From Salinivirgaceae bacterium (GTDB lineage Bacteria; Bacteroidota; Bacteroidia; Bacteroidales; SZUA-534), in assembly GCA_017645945.1 (NCBI GenBank), contig JAGCNL010000034.1, positions 1,503-65,502 of the forward strand: a stretch of DNA of 64,000 bases, read 5' to 3'. A program made the position numbers and the translations under genes. Below the pieces are notes generated by a model, which was not told the origin of the DNA, did not search any database, and was given only the letters and a program-made list of their open reading frames with translations. Of the stretch, positions 54,547-62,000 are shown piece after piece; position 1 is the stretch's first letter, and each line of letters opens with the position of its first letter.

Positions 54547-56649
54547 CTAATAGAAGTTCGAACGGTTGTCCTCAATGTCGGCGGCAGCCTCAATTGCTGA
54601 CAGAACCTGATAACCAGCCTTCGACATATTGGTGCGCTGCAGCAACTCGCGCTCGCGATCCAAATCAATGTTTTCAGGTTTAACAACCTGCTTAACCTGA
54701 ATCAGGTAAACGCCGTTGTTGCCTTTCAGCGGAGCGCTGATTTTCTGCTCGGGCAGTGTTACCATTGCAGCTTGCAGACTTGGCTCAACGCCAACTGACG
54801 GAACTGAATATGAAGAGTAAGAAACGCTCTTGGCCTCTTTAACCTGCTCGCCCATCTTGTCGGCAACAGCCTGCAGTGTCGATGCGCCTGCGCTGGCATC
54901 GTTGAATTTCGAAATCAGATATTCAGCTTTCTTCTCAATCAGAACGCGGCGTGCAATGTCGTTGCGAACCTCGTCAAGCGATGCAACACCTTTCTTGTGA
55001 ATGCCTGAAACTATTGCAATCACAAATTGATTGTCGAGTTCGAAGATTTCAGAAATCTCACCAAAGCTTGCTTTGTAAGCCCAGCGGATGACTTGGCGCG
55101 GATTCTCGAAATTAGCCAAACGGCGGTCGTCGCGTTTCACATTTGCTGTGCGAAGTGAAAGACCTTCTTTGTCAGCATTGCTGCGGAAAGCTTCCAGACT
55201 ACGGTAGCTGCTGCCGTAACGGCTTGCGTTGCCATAGATTGCGTCAACTGTCTTGTTGCTTGCAGAAATCTCGCGGGCCAAAATTGCCACTTGAACTTTC
55301 TGCGAAGGAGCGGTCTGGTTCTGAATCTCAACAACATGGTAACCATACTGTGTCTGCACGAGCACCAAGTCACCCTTCTTGCCGAAGAAGCAAGCATCGT
55401 TGAACTCTTTCACCATCTGGCCCTCAGTGAACCAGCCAAGGTTGCCACCGTCCTGAGCCGAACCGTCAGCTGAGAATTTCTCAGCCATTTCAGCGAACGA
55501 TGCGCCTTTCTTGATGGCGTTCAGAATGCTGTCAGCTTTTGCCTTTGCATCCTCGTCAGACAGTGTAGCCGACGGACGGATGAGAATATGGCGAGCCTCA
55601 ACAGAATCAGCAACTCTTGCGCTGCCAAGCTTGCGGGCAATCTTCACGTAGTTGCCTTCCTCGTAAGGACCAACAACAGTGCCTTCAGCTGCATCGAACA
55701 ATTCAGCAATCGGTGCTGAAAGCTCATCTTTGGCAAGATACTTGCCGTTGAAAGGCTGCTCCGACTCAAGATTTACAAACTGCTCAATGGCGTCTTTATC
55801 TTTGCTTGCAAACTCACTCTTAATTTTCTCAACGCTCTCAATTGTGCTTTGACGGTCGTCTTCCGAAGCCACAATCGGGAAAGTCACATAATACAAGTCG
55901 CGTGACTCTTCCTGCTCAAAATCAGACTGGTGAGCGCTGTAATATTTCTTCAAATCGCTATCAGTAACCTTCACAGCTGAATCGGCAACCGAGCTGTAAC
56001 GCAACTGGATGTAGTCGAAATCATATTTTGTGTTCTTGTCGTCCGACTCTTTTTGTGCCTGAAGGTTAGTAGCGTACATTCCCATGCCTACAAGCGAGAG
56101 GAACTTCTGATCTTTCTTGTTCTGAACAAGGCTCTTCTCGAACGATGCCCAAGAAGCTGCTGCCTGGCCCGAAGGATCCAAATCTTTGTTTTTCAGGAAC
56201 TGGATTACCAGATTGCGGTCGAATTTGCCAGTCTCGCTGTCGCGGAAAATTGGAATTTGAGCCACCTGCGGATCAACGAAGTTGCCTTGAACCATGTCGT
56301 AAAGCTCATCGGCAGTCACATTGATACCAGCTTTTTCATATTCTTCCTCAATAACATACTGGCGCACAAGCTGCTCCCAAGTCTGGTCTTGAATCTGGTC
56401 GTAAACGGCTGATTCCAGCGAATTCTGCTGAGTGTTCTGCTTGTAGATTTCGGTGTTCTCGTCAACTTTTGCCTGATAGTACTGGATTGGAATGTCGGTT
56501 CCAGCAATTGTGCCGACGTTGTTTCTTGAACTACCAAAAGTTCCGTCGGCTTTGAAAAGGTCGCCAACGATGAATGCCAATAAGGCCAATGCCACGATGA
56601 TTGTTACCAGAGTGCCTGCGTGGTCACGTATTTTCTGTAATGTTGCCAT
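54547..56649 (-). CDS. ppiD: periplasmic chaperone/peptidyl-prolyl isomerase PpiD-like
   Basis: N-terminal anchor MATLQKIRDHAGTLVTIIV, a parvulin-like core (ARHILI...GGNLGWF...GYHVVEI), 700 aa. Confidence 0.75.
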   Translation of the reverse strand: MATLQKIRDHAGTLVTIIVALALLAFIVGDLFKADGTFGSSRNNVGTIAGTDIPIQYYQAKVDENTEIYKQNTQQNSLESAVYDQIQDQTWEQLVRQYVIEEEYEKAGINVTADELYDMVQGNFVDPQVAQIPIFRDSETGKFDRNLVIQFLKNKDLDPSGQAAASWASFEKSLVQNKKDQKFLSLVGMGMYATNLQAQKESDDKNTKYDFDYIQLRYSSVADSAVKVTDSDLKKYYSAHQSDFEQEESRDLYYVTFPIVASEDDRQSTIESVEKIKSEFASKDKDAIEQFVNLESEQPFNGKYLAKDELSAPIAELFDAAEGTVVGPYEEGNYVKIARKLGSARVADSVEARHILIRPSATLSDEDAKAKADSILNAIKKGASFAEMAEKFSADGSAQDGGNLGWFTEGQMVKEFNDACFFGKKGDLVLVQTQYGYHVVEIQNQTAPSQKVQVAILAREISASNKTVDAIYGNASRYGSSYRSLEAFRSNADKEGLSLRTANVKRDDRRLANFENPRQVIRWAYKASFGEISEIFELDNQFVIAIVSGIHKKGVASLDEVRNDIARRVLIEKKAEYLISKFNDASAGASTLQAVADKMGEQVKEAKSVSYSSYSVPSVGVEPSLQAAMVTLPEQKISAPLKGNNGVYLIQVKQVVKPENIDLDRERELLQRTNMSKAGYQVLSAIEAAADIEDNRSNFY

Positions 56650-56841
56650 TGTTTATTTATTAATATTTTGTTCAAAAATTTAGGCTACGAAGATAGTAAT
56701 TTTTGTTTTCCGCATAGAAAAAAGGATTTTTTGTGATTTGTTGGCCATTTTATTGATATACAACAATTTCTATTTTGCCGTTTTTGCCTTCAGCCCGCAA
56801 GCTTCCGCAATAGGGTGCGCCGTGCGCGGAATCTTTCGCAT

Positions 56842-58092
56842 TTAACTGACGATAAGGTCGACCAACTCAATTTTGGTGGCGGAGGCCCGCAAAATGGTAA
56901 AGCGGAACTTGCCGAACGACACCACATCCTGCACTTTAGGTATCGCGCCGTAGTGCGACAGAATCAATCCCGCCAAGGTCTCGTACTCCTCCGAAACAGG
57001 CAGGTCGAGGTCGTACTTGTCGTTGATATAGTCGATTTCGAGACGGGCCGAGAACTGGAAATGGCTGTTGTTGAAGCGGTGTTCGCGGTAACGCTTCTTG
57101 TCGTGCTCGTCCTGGATGTCGCCAACTATCTCCTCCAGAATATCCTCCATGGTGACAATGCCCGACGTTCCGCCAAACTCATCGACCACAAGGGCTATGC
57201 TGCGGTGGTTCTGAATGAAAAGCGTGAGCAGTTTGTTGGCCGGCATGGTTTCGGGCACAATGGGCAGATTGCGCGTGATGGCCGCAATGTTGGCAGGGTG
57301 CTGGAACATCGAAATTGACGGCGCAAACCCGACAACATTATCAATTGAGCCTTTGTAAACCATTATCTTGGAAAGTCCGCTGCTGATGAACAGTTTTTTG
57401 AGCTCATCAATTGACTCATCGATTGAAATGCCAACAATCTCAGGGCGCGGAACCATGCACTCGCGCAGCTTTACATCGGAAAAGTCGAGGGCGTTACGAA
57501 ACAGTTTCACATCGTGCGACTCGTCATCGTCACTTGTCTCAGCAATCTTCTCATCGGCAAGCGAATCCCAATCGACCGCCCCCCAATAGACCGCATCATC
57601 GCTACTTATCTTCTTGCTCGTCAGTCGGTTCGACACGAATCGCGAAATATGATAGGTGATTTTCGAAAGAAAATAGAACATGTAATAAAACAGCGCCACG
57701 GGTATTGATATGATTTTCAGCAGGTTGCCCGACTCGTGAAAAGTCAGCATCTTAGGCAGAATCTCATCGGCCAAAAGGTAGAGCAGGCACGCAACCGCCA
57801 TCTGAACCGCAACTATGACCATCGCGTTCAGCGGCAACATCTGCCACACATCGTTCTGACCAGCCACCGCCATCGCCAGCAAAACCACCACCAAAAGGTT
57901 GCCAATGGCCATTGTGGAATAATACTGGGCGGGCTTATCGATGTACAGTTCAATCATTTGCGAGAAATAACTATTCTGCTTCTTGTCAAGTTCAATTCGC
58001 AATTTGTTGGCCGAGACGAACGCCACCTCCATCATCGCAAAAAAGAATGCGAACAGAAGCAACACCAATATTAATATAGCCTGCACTATCAT
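56842..58092 (-). CDS. CNNM(DUF21)-CBS-CorC_HlyC family protein (hemolysin/GldE-like)
   Basis: 4 N-terminal TM helices, a CBS pair region, and the C-terminal CorC block (LAGLILSHYGAIPKVQDVVSFGKFRFTIL). Confidence 0.8.
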   Translation of the reverse strand: MIVQAILILVLLLFAFFFAMMEVAFVSANKLRIELDKKQNSYFSQMIELYIDKPAQYYSTMAIGNLLVVVLLAMAVAGQNDVWQMLPLNAMVIVAVQMAVACLLYLLADEILPKMLTFHESGNLLKIISIPVALFYYMFYFLSKITYHISRFVSNRLTSKKISSDDAVYWGAVDWDSLADEKIAETSDDDESHDVKLFRNALDFSDVKLRECMVPRPEIVGISIDESIDELKKLFISSGLSKIMVYKGSIDNVVGFAPSISMFQHPANIAAITRNLPIVPETMPANKLLTLFIQNHRSIALVVDEFGGTSGIVTMEDILEEIVGDIQDEHDKKRYREHRFNNSHFQFSARLEIDYINDKYDLDLPVSEEYETLAGLILSHYGAIPKVQDVVSFGKFRFTILRASATKIELVDLIVS

Positions 58093-58201
58093 TGTGACGA
58101 TATTTTCACAAATATAGGTGTGTTAGCATTATCCGCCACAATTCATTCGTTTTTTTTGTCGGCGATGCTGTTCGAAACCGCGATTGCATTTATTTTGCAC
58201 T

Positions 58202-58654
58202 ATGGACAAACTCAATCTACCCGACTACTCGCAGCAGATTCGCGTGAAACAGGCCGAGAATCAGATTTTCGACCCGCTGCGCCGCAAGTTTGTTGCTCTG
58301 ACGCCCGAGGAGTGGGTGCGGCAAAACATTATTCAGCACCTTCTGACGCTGGGTTTTCCGTTGGGACTGATGGCCTCCGAACACCCGATAACCTACAACG
58401 GTCTGCAGAAACGCTGCGATGTTGTGATTTTCAACCGCCAAGCCAAACCAAGCCTCATTGTCGAGTGCAAGGCTCCGCAAGTAGCTATCAACCAGAAAGT
58501 TTTTGACCAAATTGCCACCTACAATCTGCAACTCCGAGTGGGGCACCTGATTGTTACAAACGGCCTGAGCCATTTCTGCTGCAAAATGGCTGCTGACGGC
58601 AAAGTGGAGTTTCTGCACAATTTTCCGCTGCCTGCCGATGTGGTGGAGGTTTGA
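58202..58654 (+). CDS. type I restriction enzyme HsdR N-terminal domain-containing protein (stand-alone)
   Basis: MDKLNLPDYSQQIRV...IFDPLRRKFVALTPEEWVRQ...CDVVIF...LIVECK is PD-(D/E)xK-like. The ATG is at 58202 (the track start is TTG). Confidence 0.7.
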   Translation: MDKLNLPDYSQQIRVKQAENQIFDPLRRKFVALTPEEWVRQNIIQHLLTLGFPLGLMASEHPITYNGLQKRCDVVIFNRQAKPSLIVECKAPQVAINQKVFDQIATYNLQLRVGHLIVTNGLSHFCCKMAADGKVEFLHNFPLPADVVEV

Positions 58655-58689
58655 GGAATTACACGGGTTTCGCTTTGCGAGTATTATTT

Positions 58690-58719
58690 CTAACCGATTG
58701 AATCCGATTAAAACCGATT
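58690..58719. repeat. solo copy of the CCGATT-periodic element inside a hairpin loop
   Basis: CTAACCGATTgaatCCGATTaaaaCCGATT, enclosed by TCGCTTTGCGAG (58670-58681) and CTCGCAAGCGA (58724-58734). Confidence 0.75.
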
Positions 58720-58846
58720 TTTTCTCGCAAGCGAGAATTGGATGGGGGTGCGCCCTGACGGGCGGAAATTGATTGAAAATTTGAAAATAAAATTTTACAA
58801 AATTCACATTATCAGTTTTTTTATTAGGTGTTGGGTGTTAGGTGAT

Positions 58847-58874
58847 GGGGGTTGGGGGTTGGGGGTTGGTGGGG
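58847..58874 (+). other. canonical G-quadruplex-forming motif
   Basis: GGGGG TT GGGGG TT GGGGG TT GGTGGGG, in the intergenic region between convergent genes. Confidence 0.6.
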
Positions 58875-58894
58875 CCGAGGCATGCTGCGTCTTT

Positions 58895-58923
58895 CTTGTG
58901 AGCACAAAAAAAGCCCGGGGCTC
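58895..58923 (-). terminator. intrinsic terminator of the adhesin gene
   Basis: Minus strand reads CCGGGGC-GATGA-GCCCCGG followed by GCTTTTTTT. It lies about 100 nt after the stop at 59024. Confidence 0.6.
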
Positions 58924-59023
58924 ATCGCCCCGGACCGTCCATGAGAAAAATTACGCCAATTCTCTGTCAGCGTCTTTCTTTTAAAACGGAAGCACCATTG
59001 CTGATGCCCCCGTTTTCTATCTA

Positions 59024-62000
59024 TTAATAAACCATTACACGTTTGGCTGTGTTATTAACCTTCACAATGTAAAAGCCCTGGTTCTGCATTATTATCTCGG
59101 TGCGCGAACCTGCTGCCTGTTCCTTGGCAACCATGCGGCCGTTGACATCGAAGATGCTGATTTCGCCCTCAAGAGCGTCGGCTGACTCAACCACAATCAC
59201 ATTTTGGTATGCATAGATGTTCACGGCTGCAGCCTCGTCGTCGCTGATGGCGGTGTTGTCGTTGGCCTCAACAGTAACATCGAAGGTTGCGGTGAGCACC
59301 ACCTTGTCGATCTTGAGCGTTATGGTAAGTTGCTGTGCGCCAACCTTGTCGGCATCGAAACCGCTGACCATATCGGCCTTAAGCTCAATTTCGGCAGTGG
59401 TGTTGTCGCTGTAGGTGACGGTGATTTTGCCGCCAGTCACATCCAGAGCCTCGCCCTGCTTGTATTCAACCTTGGCAGGTTTTGCGCTCACTGCAATCGA
59501 CTTGGCCACAATCTCGATGACCTCAGCCTCTTTCACCTCAACATCGAATGTTGTTGTGTAAGGCACGCCGTCAATCTCGAACGAAACCGTAACAGTCTGA
59601 ACGCCAACGCTGTCTGGTTTGAATCCGCTGATCATTTCAGGAGTGATGACAACCTCAGCCGTTGTGCTGTCGCTGGTGGCGAAGATGAGTTTGCCGCCCT
59701 CAAGATTCAGGCTGTCGCCGACGGTATAGTTGATTTGGCTGATAACAACCTCAGCGTCAATTGGTTTGGCAATGTCTTTCACCTCAACATCGAATGTTGT
59801 TGTGTAAGCCACGCCGTCGATTTCGAATGAAACCATAACGGTCTGAACGCCAATGCTGTCGGGGTTGAAACCGCTGACCATTTCAGGAGTGATGACAACC
59901 TCAGCCGTTGTGCTGTCGCTGGTGGCGATGACGATTTTGCCGCCATCGAGTTTCAGGCTGTCGCCGACGGTGTAACTGATTTGGCTGACAACAACCTCAG
60001 CGTCAATCTTCGGAGCAACAAGTTGCGGAACCACAACCTTGGTGCGGCTCAACTCAACCTTGCAAACCGAGCAGTAAACCACTGAATCGTAAGAGCCTGC
60101 GGCCTTGTATGTTGCAGCCACAACATTCTCAATGACAATGCTGTCGGCCTTATGACCTTTGGCAGGAATAACCTCTTGTGCCTTTATAATTGTATTGCAA
60201 ACCGGGCAGTGAGAGCCTTCTGTCAAGCCTGATTCTGTGCAAGTTGCTGCAACGGCTACGTCAACTACCTCAGTGTGAGCAATAACAGGTAACTCAACTG
60301 TCTTGCGGCTGATTTCTGCTTTGCAAACAGTGCAATAAACTACTGAATCAACTGAGCCTGCAGCGGTGCAAGTTGCGGCCTTCAAGTTCTCGGCAACGGC
60401 AGCACCTGCAGTGTGGGATGCAACAGGAATCTCAACAGTCTTGCGGCTCAATTCTGCCTTGCAGACTGTGCAATAAACAACTGAGTCAACTGAGCCAGCA
60501 GCGGTGCAGGTTGCGGCTTTCAGGTTCTCGGCAACGGCTGCGCCTGCAGCGTGACCTGCGGCAGTAGTAGTTGTTTGTGCAACAAGCACTTCGTGGCAAA
60601 CATCGCAATGCGAGCCTTCAGTAAGGCCAGTGGCGGTGCAGGTGGCGGCAACTGCGGGATCAACCACAATATGGTGGCCAGCAGGAATGACAACCTTGAT
60701 GCGACTCAACTCAATCTGGCAAACTGAGCAGTAAACCACTGAGTCGCGTGAACCAGCGGTGGTGCAGGTTGCAGCCACAACATTCTCGAACACTACGCTG
60801 TCGGCCTTGTGACCTGTGGCGGCAACAGTGTCAGAATACTCAATGTGCTGGCAGCGCGAGCAAAGGTGCTCGGTGTAGCCATCGGCGGTGCAAGTCGGGG
60901 CAACCACGGTCTCAACAAAGTCGTGACCGAGAGCAGGAATGCTGTCGCCCATCTCGTAAATCTGGCCGCAGAGTTTGCAACTTGTGTTGCCTGTGTAGCC
61001 CTTGTGGGTGCAGGTAGGCTCGAGAGTGTAGAGGGTGGTGTTGCCCTCGTTGTGCAGGCACTCAAGGCGTGTGATTGTAATATCAACGCTCTCAACCTCG
61101 TAGTTGCCCTTGTCGGCACCAGTGTAGTTGGCAGTGGCGGTGTTGTCGCCCTCTTCGAGAGCCTGTTGCTCATCGGCCCATTTCCAATCATCGGGCAGTT
61201 CAACCAATTGAGTAACAATGAAGCGTGTCTCAATATTTGCCTCAGGCTTGTTGGGTGCCTCGGCAGCCCTGTTGATGGTGAGAGCACCATCGACAATATT
61301 GAATGTAACCTCGGCAAAGTTCTTATTGGTGTTGCTGAAATCGTCAGCCGACAGTTGCATCGGGTAAACGCCAGCGTTGATACCGCTTGCTGTGGCAGTG
61401 CCGCTGAACGCGAAATCGTCTTCGGTGTAAACGCCTGTGGCATCGCTGATGGCTACAGAGTAACCGCTAACGCTCTGCTCCTCACCATTATAAGTGAGTG
61501 TGCTGCTGTTCTCGGTTACGGTGACAACAACCTCAGTGTTAGGAGTGATGATGAGTTTGCCATCGGTAACATCGAAGCGGACATTGGTGAAGTTCGTGCT
61601 GGTGTTGCTGAACATTTCAGCATTCCAGCCGAAAGCGTACTCTGCAGCATTGGTGCCGCTCACGCTTGCAGCGTTGCCCGATGCCGAAACCCAACTGATA
61701 TTGTAAAGCGCGTTGTTGGCCTCGATGGTGAGTGCATCTTCAGAGTTGTAAGTCTGCGCCGCGCCGCTGAATACCACGCTCTTGTCGGCAAGTGTTATGG
61801 TCACAACCACCTCATCTTCAATAGGTTTGATGGTGAACTGGCTGCTGACAACATTCTCAGCATCGTTGTTGTTGGTGAGGCTGATGGTTGCCTGGCCAGC
61901 GTTGATGTTGTTGGCGTACGACACTGTGTAAGCATCGCCATAGGTGAACACTTTTCCGCAGATGGTGCGGCTGACAGTGAACTCAATGTCATCGTAGGCC

